Positions 39,637 to 49,964 of a stretch of DNA of 60,390 bases are shown one piece after another. Under the pieces are notes generated by a model. It did no database searches, had not been told where the DNA came from, and saw only the letters and a list, made by a program, of their open reading frames with translations. Positions within the stretch are counted from its first letter, which is position 1; the number at the start of each line of letters is the position of its first letter. The position numbers were made by a program, and so were the translations under genes. The stretch spans positions 1 through 60,390 of the forward strand of contig CALVZA010000016.1 in NCBI GenBank assembly GCA_944372415.1. The letters run 5' to 3'. This DNA is from an uncultured Bacilli bacterium (GTDB lineage Bacteria; Bacillota_I; Bacilli_A; RF39; UBA660).

Positions 39637-39840
39637 TATATTAGGTAGAAAAGTTTTAAAAGATTTTTTTATATTATTAATAAATTTATTTTTAAATATA
39701 AACCAAATGCAATCCATATAAATTATTGAAACATTAAAACAAAATCTTTATAAAATATAATTTATATAAAATCAAATTATTATAAAAACAATACAATCTA
39801 AACAAAACAATAAAATATAAAAAAACAAAAATTAAACAAT

Positions 39841-39869
39841 TTACTTATTAATAATGCACATGGTATAAT
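39841..39869 (+). promoter_or_regulatory. Extended -10 promoter of the TagF-like/GtrB/YfhO operon
   Basis: TTACTT, 17 nt spacer, TATAAT with TGG immediately upstream (TGGTATAAT). It lies 24 nt before ATG 39893. Confidence 0.55.
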
Positions 39870-39892
39870 AAGATCACAGGGAATGATGTTAT

Positions 39893-41422
39893 ATGTGTGA
39901 AGTAATTAATATAAATTGGGAAAGAAGCAATCTTATAATAAAATTAAATAAAAAAATTAAAAGATGCAAAATAGAAGGCAATAAAGGCTGTTTTGTTCCA
40001 GAATTTAAAAATAATATTATAAAAATATGTATAACAAATATAGATGGCAAACCAATTCAAGATGATAATTGGTGTATTGAAGTAAATGAACAAAAAGTTA
40101 AAATTAATTCTAATTTACTAGCTGTATTAGATGATAAATCAAGAGTATTTAAATATAGAGAAGATTTTTATGCGCTTATAATAACATTTGATTTAGAACA
40201 TAATAGTAATTTTATAATTAAAAGTAATTATTATATGAAAAATAAAAACAACAAAAAATATCTTAGATTAACAGAAGGCTATACAATTAAAGAAAAAACA
40301 AAAGTTTTTTTAAAAATAATTACATTTAAAATAATAAATATAATTTATAATATGACTATTCATTTATATAGTAAAAAAAACACAATATTATTTCTTACCG
40401 AAAATAATGATGAATTATCAGATAATTTAAAATATCTATATAATTATTTACGTGATAAATATAAAATTAAGATTTGGACAAACAATTTATATAAAAATAA
40501 AAAAAATTCTAAAGTATTAAGAATCAAAGAGTTAATATATATATCTACTTCAAAATACGTATTTATAGATAATTATGTTTCACTATACAACATAATTAAA
40601 AAAAACAAAAAACAAATTTTAATACAGTTATGGCACGCTGGAATAGGTTTTAAAGCTGTTGGATATGCAAGGTTTGGGAAAGAAAATAGTCCTCATGCTT
40701 TTATATCTTCGCATAGACAATATGATTACGTGATTGTAGATAATGAAGATTTAATAGATATTTATAAAGAAGTGTTTGGAATTTCTAAAACTAAAATTAT
40801 TGCTTGTGGTATCCCTAGAATGGAAAATTATACAAATTTAGAAGTTATTAAAAACAAAGAAATATATTTATTTAAAAAATACCCTATACTAAAAAATAAA
40901 AAAATAATTATGTTTGCACCAACATATAGAGGAGAAAGTGCAGAAAATGCATATTATGATTATAATAATATTAACTTTGACGATATAAATAGATTTTGTA
41001 AAAATAATAATTTTATTTTTATAATAAAAAATCACCCATTTATAAGAAATAAAATAACAATTAAAGAATCTTTTAAAAATAATATATTAGATTTATCTAA
41101 AGAAAATATAAATGAATTATTATACATAACTGATATATTAATTACAGATTATTCATCTTGTGCTTATGAATATTCTTATTTTAACAGACCCTTAATTTTT
41201 TATAGATTTGATAAAAATATGTATGAGTATAGAAGACCTATGCATACAATAAGTTGTTTTACAAATAATCAATTTGAAGTAAGTAATTTTAAAGAATTAA
41301 TGAAAATATTGAATTCATTAAAAGAAATAAATATAGAAAATAGATTTGATAAAATGAAAATCATTAAAAATAACAGTTGTAATATAATAGAAAAAACAAT
41401 ATTAAAAGGAGGGGGAAAATGA
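39893..41422 (+). CDS. CDP-alditol:poly(alditol phosphate) phosphotransferase (TagF/TarL family)
   Basis: QLWHAGIGFKAVGY, MFAPTYRGE, KNHPF and LITDYSSCAYEYSYFNRPLIFY motifs, with an extra N-terminal domain of about 150 aa. Confidence 0.8.
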   Translation: MCEVININWERSNLIIKLNKKIKRCKIEGNKGCFVPEFKNNIIKICITNIDGKPIQDDNWCIEVNEQKVKINSNLLAVLDDKSRVFKYREDFYALIITFDLEHNSNFIIKSNYYMKNKNNKKYLRLTEGYTIKEKTKVFLKIITFKIINIIYNMTIHLYSKKNTILFLTENNDELSDNLKYLYNYLRDKYKIKIWTNNLYKNKKNSKVLRIKELIYISTSKYVFIDNYVSLYNIIKKNKKQILIQLWHAGIGFKAVGYARFGKENSPHAFISSHRQYDYVIVDNEDLIDIYKEVFGISKTKIIACGIPRMENYTNLEVIKNKEIYLFKKYPILKNKKIIMFAPTYRGESAENAYYDYNNINFDDINRFCKNNNFIFIIKNHPFIRNKITIKESFKNNILDLSKENINELLYITDILITDYSSCAYEYSYFNRPLIFYRFDKNMYEYRRPMHTISCFTNNQFEVSNFKELMKILNSLKEINIENRFDKMKIIKNNSCNIIEKTILKGGGK

Positions 41423-42537
41423 TAGAAATATTTATTAAATGTTTTATTTTTATAATGAATACTATATATGCTTTTTTAAAATTTTTACCTACACAAAATA
41501 AAATTGTTATGATAAGTAGGCAATCAAATAAGATAAATTTAGATTTTAAATTATTAGGAGAAGAACTTTCAAAAAAATATAAAGTAGTTTATTTATGTAA
41601 AACATTAGAAGGTGGAGTTAAATCCAAAATAAGTACTAAAATAAAATATGGATTACACATGTTTAGACAAATGTATCATTTAGCGACATCAAAAGTTTGT
41701 ATACTTGATTCATTTTGTCCAGCAGTAAGTATCTTAAAACATAAAAAAAAATTAACAATAATACAAATGTGGCACTCAATTGGAACTATGAAAAAATTTG
41801 GATATAGTATTTTAACTAAAGACGAAGGAAGTAATTATAAAATAGCTAAAGCAATGAAAATGCATAAAAATTATGATGTTGTATATGCATCTTCAAAAGA
41901 ATACAGAGAAAATTTAGCATCTGGATTTGGCATTTCTGAAAAAAAAATAAAAATTTATACTTTGCCTAGAGTTGATTTATTAAAAAACAAAATATATGAA
42001 AGTGAAATAAAAAACAAAATATATACAAAATATCCACAATTAAAAGAAAAAGAAAATATTTTATATGCACCTACTTTTAGAAAAAATGAAAAAGATTTAA
42101 AAAAATATATTGACGATTTAATAAAAACATTTAATTTTGAAAAATACAATTTAATAATTAAAATGCATCCGTTATCTAAACTTAAAATCATATCAAATAA
42201 AGCAATAATTGATAAAGATTTTAATACATTTGATATGCTTTTTATTGCAGATAAATTAATTAGTGATTACTCATGTATAATATATGAAGCCGGTATAAGA
42301 AAAATACCATTATATTTTTATTTGTTTGATAAAAACAATTATGATGTTGTAAGAGGAATAGAATTAGATTATAATAATTTACCGGGATATAGTGAAACAA
42401 ATGCAAAAGATTTATGTTTGGATTTAGAAAAAAAATATAATATGAAAAATTTAGAAAAATTTATAAAAAAATACGTAACAAATACAAAGAATTGTACAAT
42501 AAAAATTGTTAAAAATATAGACGAATATATGAAGTGA
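41419..42537 (+). CDS. CDP-alditol phosphotransferase (TagB/TagF family, short form)
   Basis: QMWHSIGTMKKFGY, LYAPTFRKNE, KMHPL and LISDYSCIIYEAGIRKIPLYFY motifs. ATGA overlap with the previous gene. Confidence 0.8.
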   Translation: MIEIFIKCFIFIMNTIYAFLKFLPTQNKIVMISRQSNKINLDFKLLGEELSKKYKVVYLCKTLEGGVKSKISTKIKYGLHMFRQMYHLATSKVCILDSFCPAVSILKHKKKLTIIQMWHSIGTMKKFGYSILTKDEGSNYKIAKAMKMHKNYDVVYASSKEYRENLASGFGISEKKIKIYTLPRVDLLKNKIYESEIKNKIYTKYPQLKEKENILYAPTFRKNEKDLKKYIDDLIKTFNFEKYNLIIKMHPLSKLKIISNKAIIDKDFNTFDMLFIADKLISDYSCIIYEAGIRKIPLYFYLFDKNNYDVVRGIELDYNNLPGYSETNAKDLCLDLEKKYNMKNLEKFIKKYVTNTKNCTIKIVKNIDEYMK

Positions 42538-42547
42538 GGTAATATAA

Positions 42548-45241
42548 ATGAACAACGTTGATTTTTCAATAGTTATAGTAAATAATAATAATGATAATCT
42601 AATAAATTGTATTAAAAGCATACAATCTCAAAATTATAACAAAGAAAAATTTGAAATAATATTAGAAACAGAACAATTAGATACTAATATTTTATCAACT
42701 TTAAAAAAATATAATAATTTAATTATAAGAGAACAAAGTAATGTAAATGTTGCAGATTGTTATAATGATGCTTTAAAAATATGTAAAGGTACTTTTATAA
42801 ATTTTAGTAACCCCAATATATTATTTGAAGATAAAAAAATATTAAGCAAAATAAAATCAGTTAATTCAGCTAATATTAAAAATAAATTAATTATAACAAA
42901 TATGTTATATAAAGACTATGATACAAACCAATATAAAAAATATATTTTGAGCAACAATAATAATGAAAATGTGAACTTAGAGAAAAATTCGGGTAAAATA
43001 AACACTTGTTTAGAAAGTTATTTTATAAATAAAAGATTAATATTAAATTTAATGTTTGATAAAACATTTAATGAAGAATGTAGAGAAAAATTTTTAATAG
43101 ATGTTTTAGAAATTGAACCAAATTATTATAATTTAGGTAATATAGATTTAATTTCTCTTGCTGCTTATGAAGATAATACTTCAAAAAATTTATTACAATA
43201 TAAATTTAATTGGTATATAGAATCATTAAGTAATTGGATAAACTATTTAGAAAATAAAAAATATGTTCCAGTGTATGTAGAAGAAATAATTATGTACATA
43301 TTATATTCAAAATTTAATTGTAATATTAATGATAGAAATAAAAATATATTAGATAATGACAATTATAATGAATTTTTAAGATTGACCCAAAAATTATTAA
43401 CTTATATAGAAAATAATATAATTCTTCAACAAAGTATAGATTCAGAATATAAAAAAATTAAACATAAATTTAAAATAAGCAGATCATTAAAAATGTTTTT
43501 TTACAAACAAAAAAACAATAATAATATTAATAGAATTGTAACAAATAATAAGATTTATGAGTTTAATAATGAAATAAAAACACCTATTTTAAATTTAGCA
43601 AAAGAGAAAATAAATGTGTATGCAATAAATTATAAGAAAGGTAAACTAATATTTGATTGTACTTTAGGTATAAAAGATTATTTAAATGACGAAGAAATAA
43701 AATTAAAAATAAAATATGGTAAAGATTTAATAAAGATATGTAAAACTGATATATATAATTCATTGAATGTGTTTGGGAATACATATATTCAAAAATATAC
43801 ATTTCAATTTGAAATAGATATTAATAATGATAATTTTAATGTTCTAGAAGCATTTTTATTAATTAATGATAAAGAATACTTATTGAATTTTAATTTTGTT
43901 AAAGTACAATCAAGATTAAACAACTCAAAAAGATCATACTGGAATTATGAGAATTTTACTATACTGAATAAAAAAGATAAATTAATTATAAAAAAAAGAA
44001 AAAAAGTACAAACTTTTAGTTTAGAATTGCTATTTTTGTTGTCAAAACTTAAAAATGAAAAAAATAAAATAAGAGTAATTAAATTATCTATATTAAGATT
44101 ATTATATTTTATTACAAAGCCAATATTAGGTACAAAACATATTTGGATTACTTTTGATAAACTATATAAAGCTGGAGATAATGGAGAATATATTTATCAA
44201 TATGGATTGAAAAATAATCAAAATATATATTATATAATAAAAAAAGATGCGCCAGAATATAAAAGATTAATTAAGCAAAATAGGCATCATGTTTTAAAAT
44301 ATAATAGTTTAAAAGCAAAATTATATAGTTTACATGCAGAAGTAATATTAAAAACTCATGCAAATATATTTGGATTTTTAGGATTTAATGGGCTAGCACG
44401 TGTTTTCATTTCTAATATTTTTAATGCTGAAGTTATGGAAATTCAACATGGATTAACAATTCAAGATATACCTGAATATCAAAATAGATTAGTAGATAAT
44501 ATAAAATTATATTTTATTTCATCGAATGTTGAAAAAAAGAACATTGAAAAACCAATATATGGATATAAAGATGAACAAATAAAATTAACTGGTTTGCCTA
44601 GATATGACGGATTAAAATCAGATGATAAAAAAATTATACTTATAACACCAACCTGGAGACACGAAATAGCTTCTCCATCTTTAAAACATGGTGTAGCTAG
44701 AGGACATAACAATATTTTTAAAAATAGTAGATACTTTAAAATATATAATGGTTTAATTAATAATAAAAAATTAATAAGTACTGCCAAGAAATACAACTAT
44801 AGAATAATATACCTAATTCACCCTACATTATCGGCTCAAATAGTTGATTTTGAAAAAAACGACTATGTTGAAATAATTCCTGCCACAAGCAATATTAGTT
44901 ATGAAAAAATATTAAGACAGTCATCTTTAATGGTAACAGATTATTCAGGCGTTCAATATGATTTTGCATATATGAATAAAACAATACTATATTTTCATCC
45001 AGATGAGTTACCTCCTCATTATACTAACGCAACAATAGATTATGAAAAAGATGGATTTGGAGATGTAATAAAAAATACAGATATTTTAATAGATGAACTT
45101 TGTAAACAGATGAAAAATAATTGTATAAATGAAAAAAAATATATTAATAAATCAAATAAGTTTTTTGAATACAATGATTTTAATAATTGCAAAAGAATAA
45201 CAGATGAAATAAAAAAATATATAAAAATGAAAAATAATTAA
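42548..45241 (+). CDS. Fusion of a GT2-like N-terminal domain and a TagF-family C-terminal domain
   Basis: N-terminus FSIVIVNNNNDNLINCIKSIQSQNY (GT2-like, DxD not evident). C-terminus EIQHGLT, ITPTWRHE and MVTDYSGVQYDFAYMNKTILYFHPD. Confidence 0.75.
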   Translation: MNNVDFSIVIVNNNNDNLINCIKSIQSQNYNKEKFEIILETEQLDTNILSTLKKYNNLIIREQSNVNVADCYNDALKICKGTFINFSNPNILFEDKKILSKIKSVNSANIKNKLIITNMLYKDYDTNQYKKYILSNNNNENVNLEKNSGKINTCLESYFINKRLILNLMFDKTFNEECREKFLIDVLEIEPNYYNLGNIDLISLAAYEDNTSKNLLQYKFNWYIESLSNWINYLENKKYVPVYVEEIIMYILYSKFNCNINDRNKNILDNDNYNEFLRLTQKLLTYIENNIILQQSIDSEYKKIKHKFKISRSLKMFFYKQKNNNNINRIVTNNKIYEFNNEIKTPILNLAKEKINVYAINYKKGKLIFDCTLGIKDYLNDEEIKLKIKYGKDLIKICKTDIYNSLNVFGNTYIQKYTFQFEIDINNDNFNVLEAFLLINDKEYLLNFNFVKVQSRLNNSKRSYWNYENFTILNKKDKLIIKKRKKVQTFSLELLFLLSKLKNEKNKIRVIKLSILRLLYFITKPILGTKHIWITFDKLYKAGDNGEYIYQYGLKNNQNIYYIIKKDAPEYKRLIKQNRHHVLKYNSLKAKLYSLHAEVILKTHANIFGFLGFNGLARVFISNIFNAEVMEIQHGLTIQDIPEYQNRLVDNIKLYFISSNVEKKNIEKPIYGYKDEQIKLTGLPRYDGLKSDDKKIILITPTWRHEIASPSLKHGVARGHNNIFKNSRYFKIYNGLINNKKLISTAKKYNYRIIYLIHPTLSAQIVDFEKNDYVEIIPATSNISYEKILRQSSLMVTDYSGVQYDFAYMNKTILYFHPDELPPHYTNATIDYEKDGFGDVIKNTDILIDELCKQMKNNCINEKKYINKSNKFFEYNDFNNCKRITDEIKKYIKMKNN

Positions 45242-45350
45242 ACAATTTTTAATAATATTTATGTAAGGTACTGATGTTAAATATAATTTTTTGTGTTTAA
45301 TAAAGATAAAAAATTATAAGTAAAATATGAAAGTTAATAGAGGTGAAAAA

Positions 45351-46307
45351 ATGATTAGTTTAATAATACCATGTTATAATGAAGAAAAAAATATAAAAAT
45401 ATTTTATGAAACATGTGAAAAAACTTTTAAAAATATTTCAATTGAATATATTTTTATAAATGATGGAAGTAAAGATAATACTTTATTAGAAATAATTGAT
45501 GTAATTAAAAATAATCCCCAAAGTCAAATTACTTGCTTAAATTTTTCTAGAAATTTTGGTAAAGAAGCAGCTATGTTGGCAGGATTAAAAGAAAGTCATA
45601 ATGAATTTATATCAATAATTGATGCAGATTTACAACAAAATCCTAAATATGTTTTAGAAATGTATAAATTTTTAAAGAAAAATAAAGATTATGATTGCGT
45701 TGCATGTTATCAAGACAAAAGAAAAGAATCTAAAATATTAACAACTTTTAAAAACTGTTTTTACAAAATAATTAATAAAATGAGCGAGGTTCCATTAAAA
45801 ACTAATGCATCAGATTTTAGACTGTTTAATAAAAATATAAAACAAGCATTAATTAACATGCCTGAATATTGTAGATTTTCAAAAGGATTATTTTCTTACG
45901 TAGGATTTAATGTGTATTATATGCCATACCAAGTTGAAAAAAGAATGCATGGTAAAACATCGTGGTCAATTATAAAATTATTTAAGTATGCTATGGATGG
46001 AATTTTAAGTTTTTCAGTTATACCATTAAAATTTACAACTTCTATTGGATTTTTGTCATTTATAATAGCCATAATATATCTAATAATAATTATTATTCAA
46101 AAAATATTTATTGGAATTAATCCTAGTGGCTATGCAACAATAGTATGTTTAATTTTAATTTTTAGCGGATTACAAATGATTTTTTTAGGAATACTTGGAG
46201 AATATATTGGAAAAATTTATACAGAAGCAAAAAGAAGACCTAAATTTATTATTAAAGATAAAATAAAATCTAATAATATAGATATGGAGAATGATAATGA
46301 AAAATAA
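45351..46307 (+). CDS. GT2 polyprenyl-phosphate glycosyltransferase (GtrB/CsbB type), copy 2
   Basis: ISLIIPCYNEEKNI, INDGSKDNT and IDADLQQNP motifs, plus two C-terminal TM helices. The start was moved to ATG 45351, preceded by AGAGGTG. Confidence 0.8.
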   Translation: MISLIIPCYNEEKNIKIFYETCEKTFKNISIEYIFINDGSKDNTLLEIIDVIKNNPQSQITCLNFSRNFGKEAAMLAGLKESHNEFISIIDADLQQNPKYVLEMYKFLKKNKDYDCVACYQDKRKESKILTTFKNCFYKIINKMSEVPLKTNASDFRLFNKNIKQALINMPEYCRFSKGLFSYVGFNVYYMPYQVEKRMHGKTSWSIIKLFKYAMDGILSFSVIPLKFTTSIGFLSFIIAIIYLIIIIIQKIFIGINPSGYATIVCLILIFSGLQMIFLGILGEYIGKIYTEAKRRPKFIIKDKIKSNNIDMENDNEK

Positions 46308-49074
46308 AAAATATAATAAATATATAATATACTTTTTTGCTTTTTTTATTATAATCGGATTTATATTATCAATATTTATTTATTATCATAAAGGTTTTAT
46401 TTATGATAGTGACGGAATTACACAACACTATATCAATTTAATAAATTTTAGAAGAATACTAATTAATTTTTTTAAAACCTTTACTTTTAATACTTTTTCT
46501 TGGAATGTGGCTTTAGGAAAAGATTTATTTGCAAATTTAGCATATTACAATATTGGAGATTTCATATCGTATTTTAGTGTTTTTTTTAAAGAAGAACATA
46601 TGAATATATTTTATCTTTTAGCAGTTATAGCAAGAATTTTTTTAGCAGGTATATCATTTATAATATATACTAACTATAAAAAAAAGAGTACGATTCCAAG
46701 TGTAATAGGAGCACTCACATATGCCTTTTGTTCATATTCACTATATGCATCAGTAAGGCATCCATATTTTATTAATGCAATGATTATTTTTCCAATAGCA
46801 ATGCTTGCACTGGAAAGATTATTATCTGAGGATAAAAAAATCTTTTTCATAATAACTATTGCAATAATGTATATAATGAGCTTTTATTTTGCTTATATGT
46901 TAAGTATATGCTTAGCTATTTATGGAATAATATATACAATAATATTATACTATAAACAAGGAAAAATATATGTTGTAAAAAAGTTAATATCAACTTTTTT
47001 ATTGGCGATTTTAGGCGTATTGTTGTCATCTTTTATTTTATATCCAACGTTAGTAGACTTTATTAATTCAAGTAGAAGTGGATTAAATTATATATATCCT
47101 TATACTATATCATATTATAGAAATTTAATATTAGCGCCAATATCATTTAATGGTACTAATTGGGTAACAATAGGTACAATGTCAATTTCTATCTTATGTA
47201 CACTTTTAGCAATTACTAATTTAAAGCAAAATAAAAAGTGGATTATTTTTGGTTTAATATTATTTATACCATTATTATTTTCCAATGTTGGTAGCATATT
47301 TGCTGGATTTTCATTTCCAAATAATAGATGGGTATTTGTTTTAGTTTTTATCTCTTCATATTTGACAGTAAAATTATTAGATTCTGATTTTAAAATAAAC
47401 CAAAAACATTATATTACGTTAGCAATAACATCTATATTATACATTATTCTATTAATAATATTCGAAAAAAATTTAAATTTATTATGTAATATTACAATTA
47501 TATTTTTAATAATAACTTTATTATTATTGAATTTTAAAAAAGAAATAATAACAAAAGTTAAAAAATATAAAATTTATCAATTAATATTATTATTCTTTAC
47601 AGTTATAAATATATTAGTATATTCTTATTATTATTACGGAATAAGTGGAAATAATTACTTAGATGCTTTTTTAAACATAAATGTACCAGAACTAATATAT
47701 TCTACAAACTACAAAACTATAGCAAATTTTGATGATGCAATAAATTATATAAAAAAGGATAAAGAATTTTATAGAATTTCTAAAAATCCAAATAAACTAC
47801 TAAATGATTCAATATATTTAAATTATAATTCTATGGCTCAATATTATTCTATTACATCAAAAAAATATAGTGATTTAGCACTTGAACTATCAAATGCTGA
47901 TTATAGTATAAGTGAAGAAATTAAAAATTTTAATAATAGGACAAAAATAACAACTTTACTAAGTAACAAATATTATGTAACTGAAAATTCATCAAATATA
48001 CCATATGGATATTCATTAGAACATAAAATTGGTAATACAAAAATATATAAAAATAATAATTTTGTTTCATTTGCTTCGTTATATACTAATTATATAGATA
48101 TTGATAATTTTGAGAAACTTTCAGATATTGAAAAGGAATCATCAATGCTTAAAACAGTAGCATTAGAAAAAGGTAATACAAATTATGTAACAAATAATAA
48201 AAACATAAAAAATGAATTAAAATACGAAATACAAAAATTAAAAATAGATGATAAAAATAACGGAGAAATAATTATAAAAGAGAATTCAGATAAAAAAATA
48301 AATATTCCAATAAGTTCTGAATTAAAAGGAGAAGTATATTTAAAAGTTACTAATCTAAAATATGAACCTTTTAACAAAAATGAATTATATGAAAATTATA
48401 TAAATAATTTAGATTCTGAATATGAACAAAACATTAAATATTTAGGGGATGTATATTTAGAAAGTAAAAAATTTTATCAAAAAGATTATGAATATAAAAT
48501 AACCTCAAAATTTAAAGATACAAGCTTTGCTAAAACAATCAAAAATAAAGCTTCAAGCCCTTATTACTATGAAATGGAAAATTATTTGGTAAATTTGGGC
48601 TATCAAACAAATATTAATGGTAAAATTACATTTGAATTATCAGAGCTAGGTAAATATACTTATGATGATATACAAGTATTTGTGGTTTTATTTGACAATT
48701 ATGAAAATGATATAGAAGAGTTAAATAAGTCTAATTTTAGTAATATAGTATATGATAATAATTTTATAAAGGGAACAGTAAATTGTGAAGATGCAGGTGT
48801 ATTGCAATTTTCAACAGTTTATTCTGACAATTGGAAAGTATATGTTGATGGGAAAGAAGTTTCAACTTTTGAGGCAAATAAATATTTTTTAGGTATATAT
48901 ATTGATCCAGGAGTTCATAAAATAGAATTAAGATATATAAATAAAAATACAAAAACAGATATTATTATAAGTATTGGTGGTATAATTATTTTTACTGGCA
49001 TTTGTTTTAAAGAAAAGAAAAAACAAAAAAATATAAAAATAAAAAAAAGAATCCACATAATAAGTTTGCATTAA
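46297..49074 (+). CDS. yfhO: YfhO-family polytopic membrane glycosyltransferase (GT-C-like)
   Basis: 925-aa protein. Its first half is multi-TM, followed by a large soluble domain and a final TM (IIISIGGIIIFTGICF). N-terminal YDSDGITQHYINL and RHPYFINAMIIFPIAMLALERLL fit my memory of the YfhO family. It overlaps the GtrB-like gene, as in the csbB-yfhO pair. Confidence 0.65.
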   Translation: MKNKKYNKYIIYFFAFFIIIGFILSIFIYYHKGFIYDSDGITQHYINLINFRRILINFFKTFTFNTFSWNVALGKDLFANLAYYNIGDFISYFSVFFKEEHMNIFYLLAVIARIFLAGISFIIYTNYKKKSTIPSVIGALTYAFCSYSLYASVRHPYFINAMIIFPIAMLALERLLSEDKKIFFIITIAIMYIMSFYFAYMLSICLAIYGIIYTIILYYKQGKIYVVKKLISTFLLAILGVLLSSFILYPTLVDFINSSRSGLNYIYPYTISYYRNLILAPISFNGTNWVTIGTMSISILCTLLAITNLKQNKKWIIFGLILFIPLLFSNVGSIFAGFSFPNNRWVFVLVFISSYLTVKLLDSDFKINQKHYITLAITSILYIILLIIFEKNLNLLCNITIIFLIITLLLLNFKKEIITKVKKYKIYQLILLFFTVINILVYSYYYYGISGNNYLDAFLNINVPELIYSTNYKTIANFDDAINYIKKDKEFYRISKNPNKLLNDSIYLNYNSMAQYYSITSKKYSDLALELSNADYSISEEIKNFNNRTKITTLLSNKYYVTENSSNIPYGYSLEHKIGNTKIYKNNNFVSFASLYTNYIDIDNFEKLSDIEKESSMLKTVALEKGNTNYVTNNKNIKNELKYEIQKLKIDDKNNGEIIIKENSDKKINIPISSELKGEVYLKVTNLKYEPFNKNELYENYINNLDSEYEQNIKYLGDVYLESKKFYQKDYEYKITSKFKDTSFAKTIKNKASSPYYYEMENYLVNLGYQTNINGKITFELSELGKYTYDDIQVFVVLFDNYENDIEELNKSNFSNIVYDNNFIKGTVNCEDAGVLQFSTVYSDNWKVYVDGKEVSTFEANKYFLGIYIDPGVHKIELRYINKNTKTDIIISIGGIIIFTGICFKEKKKQKNIKIKKRIHIISLH

Positions 49075-49195
49075 ATAAAAATGTAGTTTTTAAAAATTAT
49101 TAATACGTAATAAACGTTTTATATAATATCAAATTAAAAATTTGCTTTTTTGTTTATAATATGTTATATTAGCAAAAATTATGAAGGGAGATACT

Positions 49196-49960
49196 ATGAA
49201 AAAAATAGCAATGATCTTTGCCGGTGGAACAGGACAAAGAATGGGAGCTGAAATTCCAAAACAATTTCTGAAAGTGTGTGGAAAAGAAATAATAATTCAT
49301 ACATTAGAATTATTTGAACAAAATGAAAATATAGATGAAATATATGTAGCATGTATAAAAGATTGGATACCTTATTTAAAAAATTTAATAAATAAATATG
49401 AAGTAGATAAAGTAACAAATGTATTTGCTGGTGGACAAACAGGGCAAGATTCTATATTTTTATGTTTACAAGAAGCAAAAAAATATAATGATAATGCAGT
49501 AGTATTAATACATGACGGAGTTCGTCCGCTTATTACTCAAGAAACAATTGATAATTGTATAATGGGAGTAGAACAATTTGGTTCTGCAATAACTGTGACA
49601 GAATGCTTTGAGACACCTATAATGAGCAGTAATGGAATTTCTGTAGAAAAAATGCCTGAAAGAAAAACAATGTATACAGCACAAGCACCACAAGGATTTT
49701 ATTTAAACGATATATATAATATGCACTTAATAGAAAGAAAAACTAATCCAAATTATGATGGAATAGTAGATTCTTGCGGATTAATGTTTAAGTATGGATT
49801 CGATTGCCATATGATTAAAGGAAATAGAGGAAACATTAAAGTAACAACACCTGAAGATTTTTATACGTTATTAAGTAATTTAAATATGAGAGATTATGAA
49901 CAAATATCTATTTTAAAGGAGAAAGAAGAAAGGAAAACATTAAAAAAATTAAAAAGGTGA
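49196..49960 (+). CDS. tarI: IspD/TarI-family cytidylyltransferase (CDP-ribitol or CDP-pentitol synthesis)
   Basis: IFAGGTGQRMGAEIPKQFL and IHDGVRPL motifs. The start was moved to ATG 49196, preceded by AAGGGAG. Confidence 0.7.
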   Translation: MKKIAMIFAGGTGQRMGAEIPKQFLKVCGKEIIIHTLELFEQNENIDEIYVACIKDWIPYLKNLINKYEVDKVTNVFAGGQTGQDSIFLCLQEAKKYNDNAVVLIHDGVRPLITQETIDNCIMGVEQFGSAITVTECFETPIMSSNGISVEKMPERKTMYTAQAPQGFYLNDIYNMHLIERKTNPNYDGIVDSCGLMFKYGFDCHMIKGNRGNIKVTTPEDFYTLLSNLNMRDYEQISILKEKEERKTLKKLKR

Positions 49961-49964
49961 AAAT

